DNA from: an uncultured Gemmatimonadales bacterium
GTDB lineage: Bacteria > Gemmatimonadota > Gemmatimonadetes > Gemmatimonadales > GWC2-71-9
Direction: 5' to 3'
Length of the DNA stretch: 64,000 bases
NCBI GenBank assembly: GCA_963828735.1
Contig: CAWHFW010000005.1
Coordinates: 768,001 to 832,000, forward strand
Made by a program: the position numbers and the translations under genes. A model generated the notes under the pieces. The model worked only from the letters and a program-made list of their open reading frames with translations, was not told the DNA's origin and did not search any database. Shown in pieces: positions 31,612-41,447 of this stretch (the first letter of the stretch is position 1; each line of letters starts with the position of its first letter).

Positions 31612-32419
31612 GCGAGGCGAGCTCGCCCGCAACGCGGTAGGCGACCTCCATCACCTCGAGGTGGTGGAGCTTCTGCGGCGTCACGCCGGCCGCCGGGTTG
31701 GTGATCGCGGAGAAGCCGAGACAGCGCATGCCCGCCGCCCGCGCGGCGATCACCTCGATGACCGTGGACATCCCCACCGCGTCCGCGCCCAGACGCTCCA
31801 GCATGCGGATCTCGGCCGGGGTCTCGTAGCTCGGCCCCAGGAGTCCCACGTACACGCCTTCCGCGAGCGCGATCCGGTTCGTCCGGGCTACCTCCCGCGC
31901 GAGCGCGCGGAGCGCCGGGTCGTATGGGTCCGACATGTCGGGGAACCGCGTCTCGCCCGGCAGCGACGGGCCGAACAGCCCGTTCCGGAAGCTCAGGTTG
32001 ATCTGGTCGGCGATGAGCATGACCGTGCCCGAGCCGAAGCTCCGCCGGATTCCGCCCGCCGCGTTCGTGAGGACGAGTGTCTCGACGCCGAGCCGCGCGA
32101 AGACGCGCACGGGCAGCGCGGTAAGCGCCGGCGGGTGACCCTCGTACATGTGGAAACGCCCGCTCTGCACCAGCACGCTCCGACCGGCGAGCGTACCCGC
32201 GACGAGCTCGCCGCTGTGGCCGATCACCGTGGGCGAGGGAAAGTGCGGAATCCGGTGATAGGGCACGCGCACCGCGTCGGTCAGCCGCTCCGCGAACTGC
32301 CCCAGCCCCGAGCCGAGCACGATCGCGACGCTCGGCGTCCGCCCGCCAAGGTGCTCCCGGAGGGCCGCCGCGGCTTCGTCGGCCATCGCGGCCCAGGCCG
32401 CCGTCCCGCTCGCGGTCAC
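31583..32419 (-). CDS. Purine nucleoside phosphorylase (PunA/PNP-I type)
   Basis: VLGSGLG, GRFHMYEG, TNAAGG, GPSYETPAE, VGMST; GTGA overlap with the NupC stop. Confidence 0.92.
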   Translation of the reverse strand: MTASGTAAWAAMADEAAAALREHLGGRTPSVAIVLGSGLGQFAERLTDAVRVPYHRIPHFPSPTVIGHSGELVAGTLAGRSVLVQSGRFHMYEGHPPALTALPVRVFARLGVETLVLTNAAGGIRRSFGSGTVMLIADQINLSFRNGLFGPSLPGETRFPDMSDPYDPALRALAREVARTNRIALAEGVYVGLLGPSYETPAEIRMLERLGADAVGMSTVIEVIAARAAGMRCLGFSAITNPAAGVTPQKLHHLEVMEVAYRVAGELASLIEGVVAAL

Positions 32420-33879
32420 AGCAGGATGCCCGCGATCGTGGCGGAGAGGAAGTTGGCGAGCGTGCCGGCCAGCATGGCGCGGAGGCCCAGCCGCGCGAGG
32501 TCGCGCTTCCGCTCCGGGACGAGCGCGCCGATGCCGCCGAGCTGGATGCCGACCGAGCTGAAGTTGGCGAAGCCCGCCAGCGCGAACGACGCGATCGTGA
32601 ACGAGCGGGGGTCCAGCTGGGCCTTCAGCGGCGCCAGCTGCGCGTAGGCGATGAACTCGTTCAGCACCATGCGGGTGCCGAGCAGGCTGCCGATCACGCC
32701 GCTGTCGTGCCACGGTACGCCCATCGCCCACGCGATCGGCCGGAAGATCCAGCCGAGCACCGTCTGCAGGTTGGCGGGGAACCAGTCGACGTAGCGGTGG
32801 ATGGCGCCGAACCCGCCGTTCAGCAGCGCCACCAGGGCCACGAACGAGACCAGCATCGCGATCACGTTGAGCATGAGCTGGAGACCCTCGCTCGTGCCGC
32901 GGGCCGCGGCCTCGAGCAGGTTCACGTCCTGCTTCGGCATGTCGAGCGTGACCGTGCCGTAGGTCTCGGGCGTCTCGGTCTCGGGCTCGAACAGCTTGGC
33001 CATCATGATCGTGCCCGGCGCGGTCATGATGACCGCGGTGAGCAGGTGGCGCGCCTCGATCCCGAACGCGATGTAGGCCACCATGATCGATCCCGAGATG
33101 TGGGCCATGCCGGAGGTCATGACGGTCATGAGCTCCGACCGGGTCATGCGCGGCAGGAACGGGCGAATGGTGAGCGGCGCCTCGGTCTGTCCCATGAAGA
33201 TCGAGGCGGCCACGTTGAGGCTCTCGGCGCCGCTCGCGCCCATGACGCGGCTCATCACCACGGCGAACGCCCGGACGATGAGCTGCATGATGCCGAGGTA
33301 ATAGAGGATGGCGAACAGCGCGCTGACGAAGATGATCGCCGGCAGGAGCTGGAAGGCGAAGATGACCCCCAGGCTCGAATGCTGCTTGCCCAGCTCGCCG
33401 AAGACGAATTCCGAGCCGATGTACGAGTATCCGAGGATGCCGGTGACCAGGTTCCCCAGCCAGCGGAAGAGCGCCTGCCCCGCCGGAATGCGCAGCACGA
33501 AGATCGCGAAGAGGAGCTGCAGTCCGAGCCCCCACGCGATGACGCGCCACCGGATGGCGCTCCGGTTGTGCGAGAGGAGGATCCCGATCGCGAGGATGAG
33601 CGCGAGGCCGACCAGCCCGGACAAGCGGCTGACGAGGGACGTCGGACCGGTAGAGGCGACCGGAGTCGGCGCCTGGACCTGCGCGCCGGGGACGGTCGGC
33701 GGCGCCTGAACGGTCGCGGTGCCGGCGCTCGAGTCCGCCTGGATCGCGGTGGTCCGCGCGAGCGGCAGCTCCATCGCGGCGAGCCCGCGCCAGGCCAGGC
33801 CCGGAATCAGCCACGAGCCCGCGATGGCAAGCCCGATCACGGCAACGGCCACGACGATCGAACGACCGCGCATCGGCAT
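32416..33879 (-). CDS. NupC/NupX (CNT family) nucleoside transporter
   Basis: FAFQLLP, IFMGQTEAPL, LNEFIAY, GFANFSSVGI. Confidence 0.92.
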   Translation of the reverse strand: MPMRGRSIVVAVAVIGLAIAGSWLIPGLAWRGLAAMELPLARTTAIQADSSAGTATVQAPPTVPGAQVQAPTPVASTGPTSLVSRLSGLVGLALILAIGILLSHNRSAIRWRVIAWGLGLQLLFAIFVLRIPAGQALFRWLGNLVTGILGYSYIGSEFVFGELGKQHSSLGVIFAFQLLPAIIFVSALFAILYYLGIMQLIVRAFAVVMSRVMGASGAESLNVAASIFMGQTEAPLTIRPFLPRMTRSELMTVMTSGMAHISGSIMVAYIAFGIEARHLLTAVIMTAPGTIMMAKLFEPETETPETYGTVTLDMPKQDVNLLEAAARGTSEGLQLMLNVIAMLVSFVALVALLNGGFGAIHRYVDWFPANLQTVLGWIFRPIAWAMGVPWHDSGVIGSLLGTRMVLNEFIAYAQLAPLKAQLDPRSFTIASFALAGFANFSSVGIQLGGIGALVPERKRDLARLGLRAMLAGTLANFLSATIAGILL

Positions 33880-33941
33880 GCCTGCTCCACGATGTGAGTG
33901 AGGATGTTGGGATACCGGGTCCAGCGACGACACGAGCCGGC

Positions 33942-34967
33942 CTATTGCAGCGCCGCCAGCTCCTCCGCCACCCGCTCGACCAATGCCTGGCGCTCGGGCC
34001 ACGGCAGAAACGCGTTCGCGAAGCCGTCGAGGATGCACCGGTCGATCTCGGACCGGGTGAATCCGAGCTGCGTGTGCGCAAGCCAGTACTCGTCGCTCAG
34101 CGTCACCCCAGTCATGAGCCACCCGTCCGTGCAGAGCGTCACCGCAAGCCCGGCATCGAGGTAGGCGCGCACCGGGTGCTCCGAGGCGCGCGCCACGGCG
34201 CGGGTCTGGACGTTGCTGGTGATGTTGGTCTCGATGAGCAGCCGGCGGTCGCGAATATAGTCGCGCAGCACCGGATCTTCGTAGAGGCGCGTTCCGTGAC
34301 CGATCCGGTCGGCGTGGCAGTGGTGCACCGCCTCCGCGATGGACCCCGCGCCGGCCGCCTCGCCGGCGTGCACGGTGATCCCCAGGTTCCCGTCCGCCGC
34401 GGCGTCGAAGGCGGCCTGATGGACCCCTGGCGGCCGGCCCGCCTCACCGCCGGCGAGATCGAACGCGACGACCCCGCGATCCCGGTACGCCACGCTGAGC
34501 CGGGCGATGGCCAGCGAGACATCCGGGGAGTAGTGTCGGAGCGAGCAGTTGATGACGCGGGTGATCACCCCGAAATCGCGCTCCCCACGCGCCAGCCCCC
34601 GGAGCTCCGCCTCCAATGCCTGCTCCATCGTGAGCCCGCCCCGGGTGCTCAGCTTGGGGCAGTACCGCACCTCCAGGTACCGCAGGCCGTCGCGCGCGGC
34701 GTCCTCGACCATCTCGTAGGCCACCCGCTCGATGCCTTCGGGCGCCTGCAGCAGTGGGATGGTGTACTCGAAGCGCGCGAGGTAGTCCTCGAGGCTGCTC
34801 GCGTCATCCACCACCATGAACTGTTGGAGCCCGTCGAGGTCGGTCGTCGGGAGCTCGAACCTGGCCTGGCGCGCGAGCTCGACCATCGTCGCCGGACGGA
34901 GGGCGCTGTCCAGGTGCACGTGCAGCTCCGCCTTGGGCAGGCGGGTCAGCAGCTCACGCGTGAGCAT
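33942..34967 (-). CDS. add: Adenosine deaminase
   Basis: LPKAELHVHLD, FDLAGGE, TVHAGE, RIGHG. Confidence 0.9.
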   Translation of the reverse strand: MLTRELLTRLPKAELHVHLDSALRPATMVELARQARFELPTTDLDGLQQFMVVDDASSLEDYLARFEYTIPLLQAPEGIERVAYEMVEDAARDGLRYLEVRYCPKLSTRGGLTMEQALEAELRGLARGERDFGVITRVINCSLRHYSPDVSLAIARLSVAYRDRGVVAFDLAGGEAGRPPGVHQAAFDAAADGNLGITVHAGEAAGAGSIAEAVHHCHADRIGHGTRLYEDPVLRDYIRDRRLLIETNITSNVQTRAVARASEHPVRAYLDAGLAVTLCTDGWLMTGVTLSDEYWLAHTQLGFTRSEIDRCILDGFANAFLPWPERQALVERVAEELAALQ

Positions 34968-35187
34968 CGGTGTCCGGTTCACCGCGGCGCGCACGGACGA
35001 TCACGCGGAGGATGGACCCCGCGGCGAGCGCACCGTCCAGCGGCACCGCGATCCCCCGCGCGTCGGTCACCATCGCGCCGCCCGACGCGGCATGTGCCTC
35101 GAGCTCGGGATCATGAGCGCGGATGGCCCCGCGGACATCGGTGCCCGCCTCCACATCCACCGGCACCGCATTGATGAACACCCGCAT
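34954..35187 (-). CDS. Small hypothetical protein, probable beta-grasp (ThiS/MoaD-like) fold
   Basis: MRVFINAVPVDVEAGTDVRGAI..LAAGSILRVI; sits in the operon between the nucleotidase and add. Confidence 0.6.
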   Translation of the reverse strand: MRVFINAVPVDVEAGTDVRGAIRAHDPELEAHAASGGAMVTDARGIAVPLDGALAAGSILRVIVRARRGEPDTDAHA

Positions 35188-35195
35188 CCCCGCGC

Positions 35196-38100
35196 TCACG
35201 GTCGGGTGGACAGGAACGCCACCGCCCCCGCCACCTCAACCGGCTGGGGAAGCCGCCGCAGGAAGGTGGCGACGGCCTCCACGTCGATCAGCCCCGCGCG
35301 CTGGTACTGGACCTCGCGCAGCGTGGTGAGCCCGCCCGCGCCCTCCGCGGTCGGGAGATCGGTCGCGAGCGTCACTTCGGCGTCGGGCTTGAGCTTGCGC
35401 CCGCCCTGGAGCGTCACGCCGCGAACCCGCCGCCCCGACGGCGCCTTCGGATCGTATCGCACCTGCAGTCCGGCGAGGTGCACGCTCGGACCGTCGGCGA
35501 GCAGGAGCGACTGCTCCAGCAGGGCCGTGAGCTGCGTGCCCGTGAGCGTCACTCGCACGAGGTCGGAACGGGCGGGCTCGACCGCGGAGAGCCTCGCGTA
35601 GGTCGCCGAGCCCGCGGGAAGGTCGGCGCGAATCGTCTCGCTCCGCACCAGGCCGATGTCGGCGCGCAGCACGTTCCGCCGCGCTTCGGCGATCAGGGCG
35701 CCGAGCGGATACTGGGCGCCGCCGCGCTCCAGCGGTCGCTTGATCTCGGCGATCGGGCGCGCGAGGAGCGTGTCGCTTCGGCGCGTGTAGGTCTCGAGCG
35801 CGGCCCGGAGCTCGGTGCCGCCGCCCGAGCGCGCCGAGTCCACCGGGGACACGCCGACCCGGAACTCGAGCCCGCCGGCTGGCGTCTTCACCAGATCCGC
35901 CACGCCCACCATCCGCCCCTCGCTTCCGGTCTCGAGAATGGGGATCCCGGCCACCCGCGCGGTGATCGCACGGTGCGTATGTCCGGCGACGATCAGGCTC
36001 ACGCCGCTCCGCCCGAGCTCCTCCGCGAGACGCATGATCTCGCCGGTACACACCACCGAATCGCAGCTCCCGCCCGCGTGGGCCAGCAGGATCGTGATCG
36101 CCGGCTTCCGCGCCGCGACCTGGCCGAGCACATCGTGCAGCGCCAGCTCGCCCTCGTTGAAGCGCAGGCCGCGGGTGCGATCGGCGGGAAGCGTGCGCTT
36201 CGTCTCGGGCGTAATGTAGCCGATCACCGCGACCGGCATGCCCGCCACGTCGAGCACGCGAAATGGCTCGATCCAGTCGGGCCGCAGGCCCGAGACGCTG
36301 TCCACGATGTTCGCCGCCAGCCAGGGATAGGGTGACTCGCCCATCCGGTCGCGCAACACGTCGAGGGACCAGTCGAAATCGTGGTCGCCAAGCGCTGCGG
36401 CGGCGAATCCGAGTCGCCCCAACACCTCCATGCCCGCGCGCCCCCGCGTCTCGTCCTGGACCGGGGTGCCCTGCATCGCGTCGCCCGCGTCGAGGCGAAC
36501 GGACGGGCAGTCGCACTCCTTGCCGAGGCTGTCGAGCGCGGCGGCGAGCGCGCCCGCGCCGGGCAGGAAGCGGCCATGCAGGTCACCGGTCGCCAGGACG
36601 CGGAGGAGGACGGTGTCGCGCGCCGCCTTGGGGAGCGGCGGCGCGGGGACGCCGAAGAGCCCGCGCACGGCGCGGTCGGCCACCTCGGGCACGATCCTCC
36701 AGCTCGATATCCCCGCCAGCTCGGTCGAGTCGAGCGGGCTCCGGGCGCGCACCGCGTCGAAGAGCAGGTCGAAGATGCGCTCGCCCTTGTCATAGACGAT
36801 CGGCGCGCCTCGGACCATGTCGTAGCCGCCGGCCCCCGTCTGCCGATAGCTGTTGATCGCCATCGTGAAGCTGTCGGTCGGCTCGACCGCGCGACCGCGG
36901 ACGCTGAGGTGCTGGATCCGGTCGCCGACGGCGTGGCGCAGGTCGATCTCGTAGCTCGCGCCGGCCACCACGTCGTAGTTGTAGCCCGGCACCGAGTCGT
37001 TGATCCCGACGCGACCCGCCGGATCCACGCGGTAGTATCGCGCGCTCCACTCGAGATACGCCTTGAGCTTCGCGCCGCTCAGCCGGATGGCCCGGAGGGT
37101 ATTGTCGAACGGGTACAGCGCGAGCACGTGGCTCACGCGGATGGTATCGGCGTCGAACCCCGCGCGGAGGTCGAACGCGGAGGCCGCCGAGAGCTGCGCC
37201 CGCGTCCGGCGGAGCTGGACGTCCTGGACGAAGTCGAGGATCGGCGTGGGACCCACCCGCGCCGCCGTCGCGCGCATGGGCACGGTCGCGAGGCCGATGG
37301 CGGTCCGTGCCCACCCGCGAACCGCGTCGTGCCAGGGCGCGAGCCGCTGCGCCAGCAGCGTGGACGCGGCGACCTCGCGGGTCGAGACCAGCTCGGCCCG
37401 CACCGCCAGGAGGCGCCAGGCGCCGCCGTTCCGCGCGAGGTCGAGGTGCACCACCGACACGCTCGCCCCGAACGGACGCGGCTGCACGAAGTGGACGCCC
37501 GCGATGACCGAGTCACGCATCTCACGATGCGAGTGCCCGACGACGACGATGTCCGGCTTGGCGGGGAGTCTGGCGAGCCCGGCCGCGACGTTCTCGTCCC
37601 CGACGCCCGTCGTATCGTAGGACGCGCGCCCACCAAGACCCGAGTGCACCAGGGCGACGGTCACGTCGGCGTCGCGCCGCATCGCATCGAGCACGGGGGC
37701 GGCTGCGGGCAGGATCGGCCCGATCCGCGCATTGCCGCGGAGCTGGTCGCGGTCCCACACCATCGTGCCGGGGGTGGTGAGGCCGGTGATCGCGACGCGC
37801 ACGCCCTCACGCTGGACCACGCGCCACGACGGGAAGAGCAGCGAATCGCCCCGGCCCGCGTACACGTTGGCGCTCACGTAAGGAAACCGCGCCTCGGCCA
37901 CCGCCTGCTGGAAGAACGGGACGCCCCAGTCGAAGTCATGATTGCCCGGGGTCGCCGCGTCGTACCCCGCGAGGTTCAGCGCCTCGATCATCGGCGCCGG
38001 CCGCGTGGGAACGACGCGTGCGAAATAGGTGGCGAACGGGTCGCCCTGGAGGAGGTCGCCGGCATCCACCACGACGACCTGGCCGGGATACTGCGCGCGG

Positions 38101-38273
38101 AGTGAGTCCACCACGGTCGCCACCCGCGCGACGCCGCCCGCGAAGGGGCGGTCCGCGATGTAGTCCCAGTCGGTGGCGTGGCCGTGGAGGTCCGTGGTCG
38201 CCACCAGCACGACGTGCGCCGTATCCTGGAGCGGAGCGGCGGCGAGCACGAGCGTGGTGAGGAGGGAGAGCAT
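35196..38273 (-). CDS. Secreted tandem 2',3'-cyclic phosphodiesterase / 5'-nucleotidase (two metallophosphoesterase + C-terminal modules)
   Basis: Module 1 TTDLHG, DAGD, GNHD, GHSH, PFDN; module 2 TGDLHG, DAGD, GDHD, GHTH. Confidence 0.88.
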   Translation of the reverse strand: MLSLLTTLVLAAAPLQDTAHVVLVATTDLHGHATDWDYIADRPFAGGVARVATVVDSLRAQYPGQVVVVDAGDLLQGDPFATYFARVVPTRPAPMIEALNLAGYDAATPGNHDFDWGVPFFQQAVAEARFPYVSANVYAGRGDSLLFPSWRVVQREGVRVAITGLTTPGTMVWDRDQLRGNARIGPILPAAAPVLDAMRRDADVTVALVHSGLGGRASYDTTGVGDENVAAGLARLPAKPDIVVVGHSHREMRDSVIAGVHFVQPRPFGASVSVVHLDLARNGGAWRLLAVRAELVSTREVAASTLLAQRLAPWHDAVRGWARTAIGLATVPMRATAARVGPTPILDFVQDVQLRRTRAQLSAASAFDLRAGFDADTIRVSHVLALYPFDNTLRAIRLSGAKLKAYLEWSARYYRVDPAGRVGINDSVPGYNYDVVAGASYEIDLRHAVGDRIQHLSVRGRAVEPTDSFTMAINSYRQTGAGGYDMVRGAPIVYDKGERIFDLLFDAVRARSPLDSTELAGISSWRIVPEVADRAVRGLFGVPAPPLPKAARDTVLLRVLATGDLHGRFLPGAGALAAALDSLGKECDCPSVRLDAGDAMQGTPVQDETRGRAGMEVLGRLGFAAAALGDHDFDWSLDVLRDRMGESPYPWLAANIVDSVSGLRPDWIEPFRVLDVAGMPVAVIGYITPETKRTLPADRTRGLRFNEGELALHDVLGQVAARKPAITILLAHAGGSCDSVVCTGEIMRLAEELGRSGVSLIVAGHTHRAITARVAGIPILETGSEGRMVGVADLVKTPAGGLEFRVGVSPVDSARSGGGTELRAALETYTRRSDTLLARPIAEIKRPLERGGAQYPLGALIAEARRNVLRADIGLVRSETIRADLPAGSATYARLSAVEPARSDLVRVTLTGTQLTALLEQSLLLADGPSVHLAGLQVRYDPKAPSGRRVRGVTLQGGRKLKPDAEVTLATDLPTAEGAGGLTTLREVQYQRAGLIDVEAVATFLRRLPQPVEVAGAVAFLSTRP

Positions 38274-38380
38274 CGGGAAGAAATATGGAGGCGGGGGGTG
38301 CGCGCTGTCATCCTGCGCAGAGGCCGCGGTGTGGGCTCCGGCCGCGCGCTTTGCGGACCGCACGCGCATCCGCCCTTGCG

Positions 38381-38402
38381 TATATACGGCGACACGTATA
38401 TA
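38381..38402. promoter_or_regulatory. Perfect 8-6-8 inverted repeat, candidate ArsR operator
   Basis: TATATACG-GCGACA-CGTATATA just upstream of the ArsR start, overlapping a TTGCGT -35-like hexamer. Confidence 0.65.
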
Positions 38403-38413
38403 TGTTTGTCCGC

Positions 38414-38779
38414 ATGGACCTGCCGCTGTCCTCCACCGAGCTGCTGCTCACGGTCGCCGAGCCGACCCGGCTCCGCATCCTCAATTGCCTGGCGGCGGCG
38501 CCGCTCTTCGTGTCCGACTTGCAGGCGGTCCTCGATCTCCCTCAGCCGACCGTATCGCGGCACCTTCAGGTGCTCCGGCGCGTCGATGTAGTCCGCGACA
38601 CCCCGATCGCCCAATTCGTGCTCTACCGCCTCCGCCGAGACCTCGGTACGCAGGGCCGGCTTCTGTCGGCCATTCTGGACGCCGTCGTGCACGACGACGC
38701 GTCCATGCGCAGCGAGCGGGATCGCGCGGCCGAGCGGAGTCGGTCGCACACCAAGTCCCGGGTGGAGAGGATCTCATGA
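38414..38779 (+). CDS. ArsR/SmtB family transcriptional regulator
   Basis: AEPTRLRILNCL, VSDLQAVLDLPQPTVSRHLQVL, VLYRL; ATGA overlap with phoB. Confidence 0.85.
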   Translation: MDLPLSSTELLLTVAEPTRLRILNCLAAAPLFVSDLQAVLDLPQPTVSRHLQVLRRVDVVRDTPIAQFVLYRLRRDLGTQGRLLSAILDAVVHDDASMRSERDRAAERSRSHTKSRVERIS

Positions 38780-39483
38780 CGCACCGCATTCTCGTGGTCG
38801 ACGACGAGCCGGACATCACCGCGCTCGTGGCCTACCATCTCGCGAAGGCCGGCTTCCGGGTCTCGACGGCGAATACCGGTCCCGATGCGCTCAAGGCCGC
38901 GCGGGAGGAGCGCCCGGACATCGTGATCCTGGACCTCATGCTGCCCGGGGTCTCGGGCTACGACGTCCTCGCGGAGCTCCGCAAGCGCGACGAGACCCGC
39001 GATGTCGGCGTCATCCTGCTCACCGCCCGGCGGGAGGAAACCGACCGGATCCGCGGCCTTTCCCTCGGCGCCGACGACTACCTGACCAAGCCGTTCTCCC
39101 CGCAGGAGCTGTCACTCCGCGTGCGGGGGTTGCTCCGCCGCCTGGCCTCCCCGCCGGTCACGGCAGGGAGCACCCTGGCCGCCGGCCCGATCAGCATCGA
39201 CCGCTCCGCGCACCGGGCGAGCGTCGGCGGACAGGAGCTCAACCTCACGGCCACCGAATACAAGCTGCTGCTCACGCTGGTCGAGCGTCGCGGCCGGGTG
39301 CAGACCCGTCCGCAGCTGCTCGAGACGGTGTGGGAGGCGCAGCCCGACATCCAGACCCGCACGGTGGACATGCACGTCCAGCGCCTCCGCACGAAGCTCG
39401 GCGAGGCCGGGAAACTGATCGAGACGGTGCGCGGATTCGGCTACCGGTTCCGCGGCACCGAGCGGGGGGCGCGCGCCAGGTGA
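38776..39483 (+). CDS. phoB: PhoB-like OmpR-family response regulator
   Basis: ILVVDDE, LDLMLP, GADDYLTKPFS, RTVDMHV, ETVRGFGY; adjacent to pst genes. Confidence 0.88.
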   Translation: MTHRILVVDDEPDITALVAYHLAKAGFRVSTANTGPDALKAAREERPDIVILDLMLPGVSGYDVLAELRKRDETRDVGVILLTARREETDRIRGLSLGADDYLTKPFSPQELSLRVRGLLRRLASPPVTAGSTLAAGPISIDRSAHRASVGGQELNLTATEYKLLLTLVERRGRVQTRPQLLETVWEAQPDIQTRTVDMHVQRLRTKLGEAGKLIETVRGFGYRFRGTERGARAR

Positions 39484-41192
39484 GCTTTGCGCAGCGACTC
39501 GTGCTCGGCACCGTCGCCATCCTGGTCCTCGTCGTGCTGGTGCTGGTCTGGGGCGCGGAGCGCTCGCTCCGGCGCGATCTCGAGGGAGACATCGGCAGCG
39601 GGCTGGAGAACGAGGCCCGGCTGATTCGTGAGGCGCTGCCGGCCGATTCGGCCGCGTGGGACCAGGCCGTGCACCGGCTGGCCGCGCAGAACGGCCACCG
39701 GATCACGATCGTGGACCGGACCGGCCGCGTTCGCGCGGACAGCGATTTCCCGCCGGGCCCGCTGCCGCCGATCGAGAACCACGCCGGACGTCCCGAGGTG
39801 CACGCCGCGCTCGAGGGCCAGCCGGGAGCGGCCACCCGGCGAAGCGAGACGGTGGGGCGTCTGCTCATGTACGTCGCGGTGCCGGGCGGACCGGGCGCGG
39901 TGCGGGTCGCGGCGGACCTGACGCAGGTGGATCAGATCATCCGCCGGGCCCAGGGCGCGGTGGCCGGCGCGGCGCTGCTGGCCCTGTTCCTCGGGACGGT
40001 GCTCGCGCTGATCGCCGGGCGCTCGGTCGCGCGGCCGCTCACGAGCATCGCGGGGGCCGCGCGGGCGATTGCCGCCGGCGCCCCGCCCCGCTTTCCTCGC
40101 TCGGGGATTCCGGACGTGGACGCGCTGGTGCAGTCGCTGCGGCAGATGCACCGGCAGCTCGGCGACCGCTTCGACGAGCTTCGCCGCGAGCAGGCCGAGT
40201 CGGCCGCGCTGGTCGAATCCATGATCGAGGGAGTCGTGGCCGCCGACGGCCGCGGCCGCATCGTGACCGCGAACCCCGCCGCGCGCCGGCTCCTGGGCTA
40301 CGGCGCCACGGAGGCCCTGCCCGACCTGCCCGAGCTGTTCCGGGTGAAGGCCGCGCGCGAGGTCGTGGATGCGGTGCTCAGGGGCGAGCCGGTGGAGGAC
40401 CGCCAGCTCGAGATGGACGACCGGGTCTTCCTGGTGAACGCGCGTCCCCTGCCCACCGGCGGCGCCGTGCTGGTCCTGCACGACCTCACCGAGGTTCGCC
40501 GGCTCGAGGCGGTGCGGCGGGACTTCGTCGCGAACGTCTCGCACGAGCTCAAGACCCCGCTCACCTCGATCTCGGGCTACGCGGAAACGCTCCTGGGTGA
40601 CGCCGCCGACACCGAGACGACCGAGCGCTTCCTCCGCACCATCCTCAGCAACGCGCGTCGCATGCAGCGGCTGGTGGACGACCTGCTCGACCTCTCGCGG
40701 ATCGAGGCCGGCCGCTGGCACCCCACGCTGAGCGAGGTGGACGTCGCGGCCGTGGCGCGGGAAAGCTGGACCGCCCTGGCCGGCCGGGCGGACAGCCACC
40801 GCATCGAGCTGGCGCTCGACGTGTCCTCCGACGCCGTGACCGTCGACGCCGACCTCGACGCCCTGCGGCAGGTCCTGACCAACCTGATGGACAACTCGCT
40901 CCGGCACACGCCCGAAGGCGGCCGCATCACCTGCGTCACCCGCCGGATGGACGGCGGCGTCGCCGTGAGCATCCGCGACAACGGGTCCGGCATCATGCGG
41001 GAGCACCTGCCCCGGATCTTCGAGCGGTTCTACCGCGCGGATCAGTCCCGCTCCCGCGAGGAAGGCGGCACCGGCCTAGGACTCGCCATCGTGAAGCACC
41101 TCGTCGAGGCGCACGGCGGCCGGGTGACCGCCGAGAGCGAGCGGGGCAGCGGCACGACGGTCACCTGCCTCTTTCCCGACCCCCCCGCCTGA
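39480..41192 (+). CDS. phoR: PhoR-like sensor histidine kinase (TM, HAMP, PAS, HisKA, HATPase)
   Basis: RRDFVANVSHELKTPLT, RIFERFYR, GGTGLGLAIVKH. Confidence 0.9.
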   Translation: MSFAQRLVLGTVAILVLVVLVLVWGAERSLRRDLEGDIGSGLENEARLIREALPADSAAWDQAVHRLAAQNGHRITIVDRTGRVRADSDFPPGPLPPIENHAGRPEVHAALEGQPGAATRRSETVGRLLMYVAVPGGPGAVRVAADLTQVDQIIRRAQGAVAGAALLALFLGTVLALIAGRSVARPLTSIAGAARAIAAGAPPRFPRSGIPDVDALVQSLRQMHRQLGDRFDELRREQAESAALVESMIEGVVAADGRGRIVTANPAARRLLGYGATEALPDLPELFRVKAAREVVDAVLRGEPVEDRQLEMDDRVFLVNARPLPTGGAVLVLHDLTEVRRLEAVRRDFVANVSHELKTPLTSISGYAETLLGDAADTETTERFLRTILSNARRMQRLVDDLLDLSRIEAGRWHPTLSEVDVAAVARESWTALAGRADSHRIELALDVSSDAVTVDADLDALRQVLTNLMDNSLRHTPEGGRITCVTRRMDGGVAVSIRDNGSGIMREHLPRIFERFYRADQSRSREEGGTGLGLAIVKHLVEAHGGRVTAESERGSGTTVTCLFPDPPA

Positions 41193-41447
41193 GGCCGTCC
41201 GCCCCCGCACACCTCCCGGTAGCTCGCGTCCAGGCGTCGAGCTCCCGATCCTAGCTCAAGCCTTCCGCGGTCGGCGCGCACCCCGCGCCAGTCGCACGCC
41301 ATTCAGCTCCGCTTGTACCCCCGATCGGCACGCCCACGCAATCGTTTCGTCACGCTGATCCCGATATCAGGAGGAGGTGACACGCTCACCGCGCCGAGGC
41401 GCGCAACCGATGGTCTTGGTGAGGTTAGGGCCACTCGTGGCGGTGGG

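Noticed and set aside
31583..34081. 832-aa ORF as a PNP fusion; likewise 28018-29937, 30013-31632 and 38173-39483
   Set aside because: N-terminal parts are off-frame or antisense read-through of neighbouring genes; real starts are internal
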